A stretch of 63,954 nucleotides of DNA, counting the filler, from Elsinoe ampelina (lineage: Eukaryota), in assembly GCA_010093995.1 (NCBI GenBank). It is 17 parts of 17 records of this genome, joined end to end, with 100 filler letters (N's around TTAATTAATTAA, not from the genome) between each part and the next. Parts side by side here need not be neighbours in the genome. Positions count along the whole stretch, not along the records: positions 23,023 to 27,239 come from ML992601.1; positions 27,340 to 31,302 come from ML992602.1; positions 31,403 to 35,336 come from ML992603.1; positions 35,437 to 39,348 come from ML992604.1; 13 more parts are not named here. One strand, given 5' to 3'. The translations under genes and the position numbers were made by a program. The notes under the pieces are model-generated. The model did not search any database and was not told the origin of the DNA. It was given only the letters and a program-made list of their open reading frames with translations. Each line of letters starts with the position of its first letter. Position 1 is the stretch's first letter. Of the stretch, positions 23,698-37,789 are shown piece by piece.

Positions 23698-26600
23698 TAA
23701 TACAAGATAGATACGAACTAGATTCAGTTAGGATATAGTTTAGATTAGTTACGTGATCTCGGCATTACGGCCCGGGCTTCCGGCCGCTCTACTCTCGATA
23801 TTATATGTGCTTTATATACTAGTTTCTTCTTCTTCTTCTAAGTCTTAATATTTTAATAAATAGACGTAATTAACCTCTTGTCTTACTAGTTGTAATTACT
23901 ATATCGAGACTTTATATAACCGCAACTAAGCAATAGAGCTATTAAACTATCTAGTTATTCTACTACTTATATAACTATTAATAACTACCTATTTACGAAG
24001 AACTAAAGTATTAAAGAAGAAGCTATTATAACTATAGTTCCCGCGTACACTATAATAGATCCTCGCTACTGCTATATAGGTTAATACTATAAATATAAGA
24101 AGAAGGTAATAAGTTAAGTTATAGAAGACTCCTAAAGAAATTAAGCTATAGGCTAAACTTTTAATATTCCCTTTATTACGTATTAACTTTTTATACTGTT
24201 CTATTTACAACTAACTATACTAAGTATAGCTTACTCTAACTACGGCAATAACAACTGTCGCATAAGTAAGATTCCTTTATCTCCTATTAATAATAACAAC
24301 GAACTAGTCTAGTTAGCCTATTACGACCTTATTCGCCTTAATAACTCCGATCTTAAGAAGAGGCTATAAGAGATAGATAGTATAACTACTCTACGTAAGG
24401 CCTTTACCTTTATTAAGTCTACCTATAACAAATAGATTACCGTATGTAACTTAGTACGCTTCGACGCTCTTAACCTATATAACTAGTTAGATAATGTTCT
24501 ACTCGAGCTAGATACGGCTAATAGTACTACTAATAACCTTACTACCTAAGCTATACGCTACCTCGCCGACATTAGTAAACTTAAGGCCGAACTAGCCTAG
24601 CTAAGAGCCGAGATAGAATATACTATACTAGCTCTCTCTACTCGCGGCACTATACTATTAGAGAAGATACTAGACTCTACTACGTTCTCTAGTAGCACTC
24701 TAGAGTAGTTCGAGGTCTTTAAGCACTAGATAAAGAATAAGATATATACTAACGCTAACTGCTTCTCTACTAAGGCTACTTAGTTTATATATCTCTACTT
24801 ATGTCTCTCTAGTAAAGCTTACACTTTTATTATAGACTCCGCTAGTAATAACACTATCGACGTCGAAGCTACCCTTAGCCTCTTAGCCTAGCGCTTTAAG
24901 GACCCTAACTATAAGGCTACTACGCGCGCTTAGTTCGCTAGCCTCTTCTAGTGTAATACCTCTTTCGACTCCTTTATTAGTAAATTTAATAAGTACGCTC
25001 TCTACGCTAAGATCGCTAAAGATAAATAGCTTTACTAGTTACGCTAGAAGATATCTAATAAGCTATACGTCGCTCTTATTAACTTCGACACTAATAACCT
25101 CTCTACCTTTATTATAAAGGCTTATACTACTAACTACAACATTTAGTAGAGTAACCTTATTACTAAGCGCACTTAAGCCTTACGTTCTATACTAGCTATA
25201 AGCCGCGCTACTACTATACTAACTTATATAGCCTATTTAACTTCTATACCTACTACTCTAGCCCTCTTCTACTCTATTACTAGAGGTGCTCTATAGCCTT
25301 TCTATCCGATATAGACACTTACCTATTACGTATGTAGTAAGCCTAGCTATATCTCTACTAAGTATATAGCTAGCGCCTTAGAGAAGGCTACTTATGCTAT
25401 AATACGCCCCGTACGTATTAGCGCTATAGAGGAGATATAGTAGCTCTAGGATCGCTTAGCCGAATTAAGTAACTAAGTCGATACTAGTTCGGCCTACGAA
25501 CTAGATCTAGTTTAGCCTTAGTTTAACCCCGAAATAGATTACGAGCCTACTAGCCTATCTAGCTAGAGAAACGAGTAGCTAGAGGATAAGTTCTATCCTC
25601 TAGTAGAATAAGGGTAATTCGAGATAGATCTAGAGAGGTACAGTTAATAAATAGTATTATTAGCTACTACATCCCCGCTATTATAACTCCTATTACTATC
25701 TACGACCTATATAACTGTTTCTGCACTATTATACTATAAGCCTTTATCGATACTAGCGCGCTTATTAGCGCTATAGTTAACTATAACGTCCTTAATAAGC
25801 TAAAGAGCTTCGGCTGTCTAGTAGCACTAGCTAGCTCTATCTAGCTTTAAGCTTATAATAGTGTTCTAATAGAACAAGTTATATATAGCGTCTCTCTTAC
25901 TACTACTGTCTCTAGTAAGCTAAATACTCTTACTACCTTCCGTATTATAGATATTAGCTGTTTTAACATTATTCTCGGCCTTAGCTAGCTTAAGGCTAAT
26001 AGAGCTACTATCGACTATAAATATAGCTAAGTTATATACAAAGAAGATTCTACACTAGTCGTTATTAAGTAGGAGCTACTATAGCTAATTAAGAGGCTAG
26101 AACCTAGATCTAAACCTAGCTTAGATCTAGGAATCTAGCTCGGTAAAGTCTCTATTTTAGTTTAGAACTAGTTCGGTTCTAGTTTAGCTACCGAGTTAGG
26201 ACGAGCTAGATAATATTAGCTATTAGCTCTTAGGTTAAACTTTAAGCCGGATTAGAGAGAGTTTAAGCTAGTCTCCTATAGTACTTAGTTAATATATAAG
26301 TTCTTTTACGTACCTACCTACGTAAGTAACGCTAAATAAGAAAAGCTAACTATCGCCTTTATCGGTATAGCCGCCTTTATATTAGTAGCTAAATACTAAG
26401 AGAACGAGGTGTTTATAATCTTAGTAAAAGATATCGAAGACTACTACTAGATAGTCTCTAAGCTAGAACTAGATCCTATAGTAGTTCTCCTAGAGGAGTT
26501 ATAGGAGTTTACTAACGTCTTCTCTAGAGAATAATCTAATACGCTCCCTTAGTATCGGCCGGATTTTAATAACTATATTACACTTAAAGACGGCGCTAAG

Positions 26601-27239
26601 CTACTACGTATAGAGCCTCTACGCCGCCTATTACTAGAAGAACTTAATATAGTAATATAATTTATCTAAGAACATCTTAATAAAGGCTTTATTATACCGA
26701 GTTCTACTAGCTATTCCTTACCTATTCTCTTTATTTATAAGCTAGGTAGAGAGCTTCGTCTCTACGTTAACTACTATAGCCTTAATAAGGTAACTAAGTA
26801 AGATGTCTATCCTCTACCCCTTATTAAAGAAACACTTACGCGCGTAAGTAAGGCCTAATAGTTTAGTAAGATCGACATCTATTAAGCCTTCTACTACCTC
26901 TATAACTCTATCGATAGTAAAGATCTTACTATATTCTCTATATACATAAGTAACTTTAAGTAGCTAGTAATACTATTCGGCCTTACTAATGCCCCTATAG
27001 TCTAGTAGAGGTTTATAAATTATAACTTCGTCGATATACTAGAGCGCTTTATATCGATCTACCTAGATAATATTCTTATCTATATAAACGGCTCTTGCCG
27101 AGAGTATACTAAGTATATTAAGCTAGTACTCTAGAGGCTCTACGAATTAGGCCTAAATACTAATATTAAGAAGAGTAAGTTCTACCTAACGGAGGTAAAG
27201 TACCTTAGTATTATTATTAGCTAAGATAGAGTTAAGATA
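23698..27239 (+). mobile_element. RIP'd Gypsy family G1: 5' LTR, gag, protease, RT
   Basis: Terminus TAATAC (from TGATAC) is shared with copies at 35268, 41871 and 42658. Zinc knuckle CYVCGKPGHISTKC (25324-25365), protease AFIDTGA (25740-25760), RT YLDDILI (27060-27080). All de-RIP'd. Confidence 0.92.
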
Positions 27240-27339
27240 NNNNNNNNNNNNNNNNNNNNNNNNNNNNNNNNNNNNNNNNNNNNTTAATTAATTAANNNNN
27301 NNNNNNNNNNNNNNNNNNNNNNNNNNNNNNNNNNNNNNN

Positions 27340-30300
27340 TATAGTAGTTATAGTAGTTATAGTAGTTGTAGTTTCTAATACTATAGTTGTTATAGTTACT
27401 AATGTGTTAGTTAATGCTATAATTAATGTTATACTTGCCGATGTTAGAGGTGCTAAGGCTACTATTATTAGTAGGTTTATAATTCTAGGTTTAAATCAGG
27501 CTAGAGTAGAAAGGCTTCTTTAATTTACAATAATTATTAGGACGCGAAAGAGTACTTATTCTTAACGTATTTACTATATTTCGTTCTTACCCGTAGCGTT
27601 ATAACACTTCTTAACCCCTAGCAAAGGTTTCGTAAAGAGACTAAGGGTAAGTATGCCGAGATATTCTAGATACGAAGTAGTATTTAACTACGATTACTTC
27701 TATTACATAAACACTAGAGTTATCCTAGCTCTACACTTAAGCGAGCTCGAGCTCGAGATATTATAGTTACTACTAGAGAAGCCTAGCGGAATTGTGTAAT
27801 ATATATAAGTCGCTAATATACTATAATATAGTCTATAAGAGGATATAAATTCGAAGTTCGTATTTAATCCTATAGAATTATAATTTTTAGTCTTACCTAG
27901 ATTAAAAAGCGAGACTACTATAGCTAGGACTAGCTAAGTCTAAGTTATAAAAGTCTATAGCTAAGAGTTTACTTAACTTACCTACGCGGCCGATTATATA
28001 TTTATAATGTCTAGTAAGAAAGTACTCTCTACTCTAATAGTATTATATAATTAAGCTAGTAAACGATAGAAACAGAATTAGATATACTAAGAGATGTAGA
28101 ATTACTAGATTTTAGAACTTAGTACAAATTCGGCAGGGAATTTAACTAGGTTACTAGGGTAACTACTAACGAGGGGGCAGATAGTAGAAATATAGTAGAG
28201 TTAGAATCTACACCTAAGTTGCCTAGAATATCGATAGTACTACGTATTAAGCTAAAAAGGGGCCCCTTATTAGTAGTAAGAAAGGATATAAAGAGTTATA
28301 CATCTCTTTCTCTATTATCTAATTATTAGTTAGGAAATCCCCCTTAAGCTATATAGTCTCTACGAGCTATACGAGAGTAATAAGGGCTATACGCGCTCGA
28401 AGAACTCGCTCGACCCTTAGCAACTTCCGTACGAGATAGTAAAGACGCCTACCTCGACGGCTAATATCGACCGAGACGTTATATTTACCTCGAGTAAATA
28501 GGAGTTATCTAAGGTTATTCTATAGGTAGTTAACCGTAGGGTAGAACGGATTAAGTTAATACTAACAAAGAAGTATACTAGTCTCTTATAATAAGCCTAA
28601 TATATTCTTACGAGGAATGTACTAGCCTAAGTCGAAGATGCTATTAGATTAAGCTTATACGGATAGAAGGAGTAGATATAGGTAGATTCGGAGGAACGCT
28701 ACATTACTACTAACGCTTATAACCTAGTAATAGGCTAAGCTACATCCCTAGAGGACCTCTCTAATCCTAATCTTCGCCCTAGTATATAATAGTCGACTTT
28801 CGGGGCTATAGATTAGACTATAGTACCTTAGTCTCTACTCTCTAAGCTTCCTTTACCTATTGCGCCTTATAGACTAGTAATAATATAGCCGTACGAATCT
28901 TCTAACTAGAACTTATTAGCACGAACTAGGCGTTACTTAGAGTCTCCGCCCCTATATCCCGACTTAGAGGACGCTCTAAGCATACCTCTTCTACCTTCGG
29001 CGGGATTTACTACTTTCGAGATACCCGAACAGGTAGAAACCTACGATCTAGATAGAGATAGAAACGCCTAATCGGTACTAGAGGATAGAAATAATCCCGA
29101 TGCTATATAGATGTAATAGTATACTAGGCGAGAGTTTACTAAGGATATAGGAGGTAACTTTATTAATAACTTTACTAGTTTCTCTATTTAAATAATACAA
29201 TTTACGTAAGACTACTAAATATAGACATTATATAAACATAATTTAATTAACTTTATTACTAATACTTCTTACTCTTATTAAACCTTTAGGATACTCCTTC
29301 CTACTATACTTACTTAATATAGCTAGTATAGATAGTCTTATATATTAGCTAGTAAAGAGGATAGTATAGCTAGCTAACCTTGAAGTATATACTAGTCGGC
29401 TCGAGGAGGAATATATAAGACTTATAGAAGCTAATATCCTTCTCCGCGCTAGTAATAATAGCTATAAGGGCTAAGAACAGGAAGATTAGAGGCAAATTTA
29501 CACGCTCTAAGTGCTATTAGATAGCTCTATAGCCTATAACTACTAGCTTAAGAGTGAAATACTAGAATTAAGGAGTTTCGTCTAGTTTTTTAGGGCCGCC
29601 TATCTAGAGTAGTGTCTACTAGAAGTAACGAGTTGTTATTCTAGCTATAATGTCCCTATATAACCTACTAATACCTCCCTAGAAACCGAATACTATCGCT
29701 AGTATCTTTCTACATATCCTAATTACGACGATCTACGTATTAACTAATGTCTAATATATATACTAGACGTTGATTTAGGCGAAGGAGTTATAGGAGGGTC
29801 TATACTTAGCGACGTACGTACACTAGATAAAGAATTAGTAGGCTCGATCGACGATCTAGTAGTAATTTAGCCCTTATATAATTAAGAGCGTAGTAATACC
29901 TCGTTACCTTACCTAAGCGCTATATCTAGGGCTAAACACGATATACCTACGGGTATACTATATAGATAGGTAGTAGAGCCTATCGCTACTTATTCCGCGT
30001 ACGTTTAATAAGGAACGCCTCCTTATAATTCTTTAGTCTAGTCTACTAGCCTACCTAGATTTATAAGAAGTAGTTCTATAGACCTCGATACACGTTATAA
30101 AACCTTAGCACGAAGCCCGTTAGTTAAGCTCGATAGACTATACAAATTCTAGTAGCAGCTAGTAACCTAGTGTAAGCTTAGATCTCGAATAGTAGCTAAT
30201 TAGATCGCTAGGGACGTAGAAGTAAGCTAAACTAGGAGAGAAACTTCTAATACTCCCGAACGTCGCTAGGGCATATTAAGCTTAACTACATTACTAGCCT

Positions 30301-30819
30301 TATATTCTAAAGATATAATTATAGGCAGTCTAGATCGAGTAATACGCTTAGGCAATTATACGTCTAATAACCGGGTCCTATTCGAGGGTAGAAAGCTTAG
30401 CGATTTAATAGAAATACTAGCTATCTAGGAGCTACTTAACTTTTAAAAGTCTCTCGTAGATGCGATATAGTACGTAGACGACGTAAGTTAATAGTAGTCT
30501 TCTAAATATGCGCTCTAACCTTAGAATCTACGAAGGTAAACATTAAGGGGGTTAATATAGAGCGTTTAACATTAAGGGGAAAAGTAGAAATAATTACATA
30601 TAAGAAATAGTATAGACCTAGGAAGAGTCTAGTTCCTTCCCTACTCTCGTTTAATAGCCTACGTCCGTCTACCCTACTAGAATTCGTAATATAGCTTATT
30701 ATTTATTAATAGAAAGAAGACGGAATATTATTACGTATATGTATTACGTACTTACTAAGGTAGCGGTCGGGACTTCTATAGCTCTCTAAGGTAAGTCGAT
30801 TAGAGCGGTAGTCCTCCTA
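27340..30819. other. RIP'd sequence with coding-like remnants on both strands; unidentified
   Basis: RIP dinucleotide bias. No retro- or DDE-transposon motif found by eye. Confidence 0.4.
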
Positions 30820-31302
30820 TAGTTAAATTCGCTTTAAACGAGCTACCCTAGGCTTAGCGATAGTTTGTACCGACTTTACATTACTAAAATTTAGTAGCTA
30901 GAGGTCGAGAGAAAATATAGATAGTAATTGCTCGTTACTAACGCCGAATTAAGCAAAAATTAAAGCTAAAATAAGGTATAATAGAGCACTAGTATAGATT
31001 AAGCTAGTAGTTATAGCTTGTAAGTATACTACTATATAGACTAGCTATTATACTAGCTATATAAAGAGACTCTCTAGAGCGGTATAGAAGGCGATAGAGA
31101 TAGGTTCTAGCCTTCTAGCGTCGTTACTACTATTGTCGCTACTAGTAAGGCAATTATTATAGTTACTAACTCTCTCCTTAAGCTCTCTAGATAAGGTAGA
31201 GAAGTACCTCTACTAAGGACTAATAATTAGGCTATATACTCTAGTACCTTAAGTACCTCTAGTAGTAGCTTATCTAAGTGTTCTAAATACTAACTAAGCT
31301 CT
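30820..31302. mobile_element. End of a TA-flanked TIR DNA transposon (Tc1/mariner-like CAGT start, RIP'd to TAGT)
   Basis: 87 bp (30820-30906) match 56046-56132 with unrelated upstream flanks. Both copies are preceded by TA. Confidence 0.6.
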
Positions 31303-31402
31303 NNNNNNNNNNNNNNNNNNNNNNNNNNNNNNNNNNNNNNNNNNNNTTAATTAATTAANNNNNNNNNNNNNNNNNNNNNNNNNNNNNNNNNNNNNNNNNN
31401 NN

Positions 31403-31652
31403 TAGCTTATTATTAACCTAATAGCTTATCTATAGGAGCTAAGTAGAAGTGTTAAGAATATAGCCCTCTCTAGATAATTAGGCTATAAAGTTATATAACC
31501 TTAAGTTATGTAATGCTAAGGCCTAGAGATTTATAGCTATTCTTTCTTTTAGTAGATAGACTCCTTTTAATTAATTAACTCGTCTATTACCTAACTAGTG
31601 TACGATTGGTTCTATACAATATTCCACCCCTAAACGTGCCTTCTACTTAATA
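31403..31652. mobile_element. LTR-like end of another element inserted in G1 pol
   Basis: G1 homology (versus ~48208) starts sharply at 31653. The preceding segment ends ...CTACTTAATA (CA RIP'd to TA) and has a pyrimidine run. Confidence 0.5.
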
Positions 31653-34600
31653 TAATAAAGTAATAATAATAGCTATAGAAACTAATAAAGCTCCTTACCT
31701 AAGTAGTATTACTAGGGGCTAGCTGTTTCTAGGCCCTAATAGCTTCTACCTTCTTAGGATCTATCTTAACTCTGTCTTAGCTAATAATAATACCGAGGTA
31801 CTTTACCTCTATTAGGTAGAACTTGCTTTTCTTAATATTAGCGTTTAGGTCTAATTCGTAGAGCCTTTAGAGTACTAGCTTAATATGCTTAGCGTGCTCC
31901 TAGCGAGAGCTATTAGTGTAAATAAGAATATTATCGAGGTAGATTAACATAAAGCGCTCTAGTATATCGATAAAGTTGTAATTTATAAACCTCTACTATA
32001 CTATAGAGGCGTTAGTAAGGCTAAAAGGCATTACTAACTACTTAAAGTTGCCTATATATATAGAGAACATAGTTAGATCCTCGCTATCGATAGAGTTATA
32101 GAGGCAGTAGAAGGCTTAATAGATATTAATCTTACTAAACTATTTAGCCTTACTTACGCGCGTAAGTGTTTCTTCGATAAGGGGTAGCGAATAGACGTCT
32201 TACTTAGTTACCTTATTAAGGCTATAGTAATTAATATAGAGGCGAAGACCTCTACCTAGCTTACGAATAAAGAGAATAGATAATAAGTAGCTAGCGGAGC
32301 TTAGTATAATAAAGCCTTTATTAAGGTATTTATAGATAAATTGCTCTACTATATCGAGCTCCTTAGGGGATAGGCGCTATAGAGGTTCCGTACGCGGCAG
32401 TTTAGTACCGTCCTTAAGTATAATCTAGTTATTAAATCCCGGCCGATATAGAGAGAGAGTATTAGATTGTTCTTTAGAGAAGACATTAGTAAATTCGTAT
32501 AGCTCTTCTAGAAGAACTACTATAGGATCTAGTTCTAGCTTAGAGGCTATCTAGTAGTAGTCCTCGATGTTCTTTACTAAGATTATAAACACCTTATTCT
32601 CTTAGTATTTAGCTACTAACGTAAAGGCAGCTACGCTAATAAAGGCGATAGTTAGCTCTTTCTATTTAGCGTTACTTACTTAGGTAGGTAAGTAAGAGAA
32701 CTTATGTATTAACTAAGTACTATAGGAGATTAGCTTAAACTCCCCCTAATTTAGCTTAAAGTTCGACCTAAGAGCTAGTAGCTAATATAGTATAGTTCGT
32801 CCCAACTTAGTAGCCGAGCTAGAACCTAGATCTAAGCTAGGCTTAGATCTAGATTCTAGCCTTTTAATTAGCTATAGTAGCTCCTACTTAACGACTATTA
32901 GTAAAAACTCTTCTTTATATATAACTTAGCTACGCTTATAGTTAATAGTAGCCCTATTAGCCTTAAGCTATCTAAGGCTAAGAATAATATCGAATTGGCT
33001 AATATCTATAATATAGAAGGTAGTAAGGTTATTTAGCTTACTAGAAACAGTAGTAGTAAAAGAGACGCTATATGTAACCTACTCTATCGGAACACTATTA
33101 TAAGCCTAAAGCTAAATAGAGCTAGCTAGTGCTATAGGGCAGCTAAAGCTCTTTAGCTTATTAAGAACGTTATAATTAACTACGGCGCTAATAAGCGCTC
33201 TAGTGTTAATAAAGGCTTAAAGTATAATAGTATAAGAGTAGTTATAGGGGTCGTAAATAGTGATAGGAGTTATAATAGCGGGGATGTAGTAGCTAATAAC
33301 GCTATTTAATAACCGTATACCTCCGGATCTACCTCGAATTACTCTTATTCTACTAGAGGATAGAACTTGTCCTCTAGCTACTTATTTCTCTAGCTAGAGA
33401 GGTTAGTAGACTTATAGTCTACTTCGGGGTCGAACTAAGGCTAAACTAGATCTAGTTCGTAAGCCGAACTAGTATCGACTTAGTTACTTAATTTAGCTAA
33501 GCAATTCTAGAGCTATTATATCTCTTCTACGGCGCTAATATATATAGAGCGTATAGTAGCGTAAGTAGCCTTCTCTAAGGCGCTAGCTATACACTTAGTA
33601 GAGATATAGCTAGGCTTACTACATACGTAATAGGTAAGTGTCTAAGCTAGATAGAAGAGCTATAGAGCGCCTCTAGTAATAGAGCAAAATATAGCTAGAG
33701 TAGTAGGTATAGAAGTAGAATAAGGTACGTAAATTAGTGCCGTAGCGGCGTAGCTTATAGCTAGGCTAGAGCGTAAGGCCTAAGTGCGCTTAGTAATAAG
33801 GTTACTCTACTAGATATTATAGTTAGTAGCGTAGGCCTTTATAATAAAGATAGTAAGGTTATTAGTGTCGAAGTTAATAAGAGCGACGTGTAGTTTATTA
33901 GATATCTTCTAACGTAACTAGTAGAGCTATTAATCCTTAGTAATTTTAGCGCAAAGAGCGTACTTATTAAATTCGCTAATAAAGGAGTTAAAAGAGGTAT
34001 TATACTAGAAGAGGCTAGTAAACTAAGCGCGCGTAGTAGCCTTATAGTTAGAGTCCTCGAAGCGCTAGGCTAAGATACTAAGAGCAGCTTTAACGTCGAG
34101 AGTGTTATTACTAGCGAAGTCTATAATAAGAGTATATACTTCGCTAGAAAGGCGTAAGTAGAGATAGGTAAACTAGGTAACCTCGGTAGAGAAATAGTTA
34201 GTATTAGCGCGTATCTTATTCTTTATCTAGTGCTTAAAAACCTTAAACTGTTCTAGAGTACTACTAGAGAAGATAGCGAGGTCTAGTATCTTTTTGAATA
34301 ACATAGTACCGCGCGTAGAGAGAGCTAGTATAGCGCGTCCTATTTCGGCTCTTAGCTAGGCTAGTTCGGCCTTAAGTTTGCTAATGTCTACGAGATAGTA
34401 CGTAGTTTAGACAGTAAGATTGTTAGTAGTACTATTAGTAGTATCTAGTTCTATTAGGACATTATCTAACTAGTTATATAGGTTAAGAGCGTTAGTATAT
34501 ACTAAGTTATATATAGCGATCTATTTATTATAGGTAGACTTAATAAAGGCGAAGGCCTTATATAGAGTAGTTATACTGTCTGTCTCTTATAGCCTCTTCT

Positions 34601-35268
34601 TAAGGTTAGTGTCGCTAAGGCGAATAAGGTCGTAGTAGGCTAACTAGACTAGTTTATCGTTGTTATTAGTAGAAGGTAAAGAGATCTTACTTACGTAGTA
34701 ATTGTTATTACTATAGTTAGAGTAAGCTATGCTCGGCGTAGTTAGTTATAAATAAAACAGTGTAAAAAGTTAATACGTAATAAAGGAGATATTAAAAATT
34801 TTTAGCTAGCGGCCTACTTCCTTTAAGAGTTGTCTATAACTCGACTTATTACCTTCTTCTTATATTTATAGTTTGTAGTATTAACCTATATAGTAGTAGC
34901 GAGGATCTATTATAGTGTACGTAGGAACTACAGTTGTAATAGCTTCTTCTTTAATTCTTTAGTTCTTTATAAGTGGTAGTTATTAGTAGTTACGTAAGTA
35001 GTAGAATAACTAGATAATTTAATAGCTCTATTACTTAGTTGTAGTTATTTAAAGTCTCGATATAGTAATTACAACTAGTAAGATAAGGGGTTAATTACGT
35101 CTATTCGTTAAGATATCGAGACTTAGAAGAAGAAGAAGAAAAGCTAGTATATAAAGTATATATAATATTAAGAGTAAAGCGGCTAGAAGCCTAGGCCGCG
35201 ATACTAAGATTACGTAACTAATCTAAACTAGATCCTAACTAAATCTAGTTCGTATCTATCTCGTATTA
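31653..35268 (-). mobile_element. RIP'd Gypsy G1 copy (5' LTR, gag, PR, RT)
   Basis: Reverse-complement colinear with 23698-27239. Ends ...TCTCGTATTA at 35268. Confidence 0.92.
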
Positions 35269-36587
35269 GTTAGAGCATCTAATAAATCCATTACTAACTT
35301 ACTAGAGAATAGTAAATAGAGTAATCTAATATCTCTNNNNNNNNNNNNNNNNNNNNNNNNNNNNNNNNNNNNNNNNNNNNTTAATTAATTAANNNNNNNN
35401 NNNNNNNNNNNNNNNNNNNNNNNNNNNNNNNNNNNNCCTTTTAGTTAAGGAAGTTTATCCTAGTAGAGTATAACTACGAGACGTACGACTAAGAGTTATT
35501 AGTAATTGTATATATATTTAAGTAATAGCGATACTACCTCGAAGGTGCCGCGTATATAATTTAAGTACTTACTAGCTATAATAACCTCCGAGGATTTATA
35601 AAGCTAAAATAGCTAAACGGCTAATAAGCTTACTAGGCTACTTTCCTTACTACTTTTAACTTTATAATAGAGTATTAGCTAGGTATAAGAAACTTAGCTA
35701 ATAAGCCCTCGAGGCGCTCTAACTATATAACTAAGGAGTAGAAGGTATCCTATCTCCTTTTAACTCTTTAAAACAAACTCTATATCTAGGACTAGACTAC
35801 TAACTCTAAAGAAACTACTCCGCTAGTTAGACGTATTTATACTATATATAAGACTACTCTAGGATAGGCCTAGGCTACCTATATACTATATAAAGGCAAA
35901 ACTTCTTCTAAGAACTCTTAGAGTCTTATAACGACCTAGTAAGTTACTATCGCGGTAATAGTAAGAGAGAATCCCTTCGAGAATCTATCTACTAACCTAT
36001 TATTAGTAGTAGAGCTACTATAAAGATAAGACCTCGAGATTATAAAGTTACGTTTATAAGTAGAGAGTAGTAGAGACAAGAGTAAGACGCTATAGAATCT
36101 ATAAGATAACCTCCTATTCTACTATAATACGCTAGTTATTCTAAATAATAGTACTATTAAGGCGTAGGTACTATATATATACTATAACGGCGAATAGGCT
36201 AGTTATTTTAGTAAGGATAAGATACTTAAGCTTCTCTTATAGAAATGCTTCTAGTAAACTATAAGAAAGAATATTAATAACTATATATAGTTATACTAAG
36301 TTTACTAGAAGTATAAAGCGCGCTACTATTACCTCTATAGCGAGTTATATACGCTACCGATACTAGATTACCTATAGTAAGAAATTATAATAGATTTTAT
36401 TACTAATCTACTACTAAGTAAGTAAGGTAATAGTATCTATAATATAGTACTAGTAATTATAGACTAATACACTAAGATATTACTATACGTTTCTACTACT
36501 AAGAAGTATATATCTATAGAGCTTATAGAGATTCTACGTAACTATATAATTCGCTACTATAGTGTTCCTAGGGGAACAGTAAGCAAT

Positions 36588-36818
36588 TATTATAGGGATT
36601 TTTAGGGATAAGGTGTAAGCTTCTAATTAGGTATAAGGATCTAGAGTCTAGCTAGCTTTAGATAGCCTATATATATAGGCTCTAATCTTGCTATATACTA
36701 GCTAAGGAAGTTAGCTTCCTTAAGTATTATTCGTACTACTAATCGAGAGCTATCCTTATACTACTATAAGTTAATTATTATATATACTTACTAGTATTAA
36801 TATAATCTACCTCTAATA
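36588..36818. mobile_element. 231-bp solo LTR inserted in the G2 integrase, with 5-bp TSD GCAAT
   Basis: GCAAT at 36583-36587 and 36819-36823. Ends are TA.../...TA (RIP'd TG...CA). The insert is absent from the G2 copy at ~58425. Confidence 0.85.
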
Positions 36819-37789
36819 GCAATTAAGGATTAGTCTTTACTAGCTAGTTCTAGAGTAAATTCTATTATAAAACGCGTATAAAACGTAGGCTTAGTATAGC
36901 CTTCTACCTATAGATAGATAGTTAAACTAAATAGCAAAACTAGATATTAGAGTAGTATCTAAGGTACTACTATATAGAACTATAGAACGACTAAGCTAAG
37001 TGTCTATTATAAGCGAAGTTCGCGAGTAATAATAGTATCTATACTACGCTACGTATAAGCCTCTTCTAAATAATATATAGCTACTACTCTAAATTAGAGG
37101 TAATAGCTATTAAGTCTTAGGATAAGACTTTAGAGAGAAGAGTACTAGTAGTATTAGAGTTAGTATAACACTTACAAGACATATACGTAAAGCTAGTAGA
37201 GTAATAGAAAGAGACTTCCGCCTACTAGGCTAAGTATTATAATAGGAAGTATACGCTAAAGGTATATAGTATAGGTAACTTAGTACTACTCTTAGCTAAG
37301 AACTTATAGCTACCTATACTAAAGAAGAAGATAGAACTACAATTCCTTAGCCTATTTCGTATACTTAATATAATTAAATCGTAGGTGTATTACCTAGCCT
37401 TACTAAGTTAGTATTATATCTATAATGTCTTTTATATATCTCTTTTTAAACTATAGATAGGTAGAACTAGTAAGGAGCTAGAAGAGAGTATACCTCTCGT
37501 AGATAAAGTAGATAAGTAGATAGTAGAGAAAATCCTAGGTAGAAGAACTATAAAGGGTAAGGTTTTCTACTTAGTAAAGTAGAAGGACTAGCCTACTAAG
37601 TTTAATAGCTAGGAACTAGAAGAGAATTACGTAAATATAAGAGAGCTAATTACTATATATAAGTTATAAGCGTAGGCGCCTAAGATAGGTCGTAGAAGGT
37701 ATAAGTTATAGAGTATATAAGTAGACAGATTATACAAGTTTATAAAATTAGTTAAAGAGTAGACTTCTTACCTAAGGCGATATATTTAA

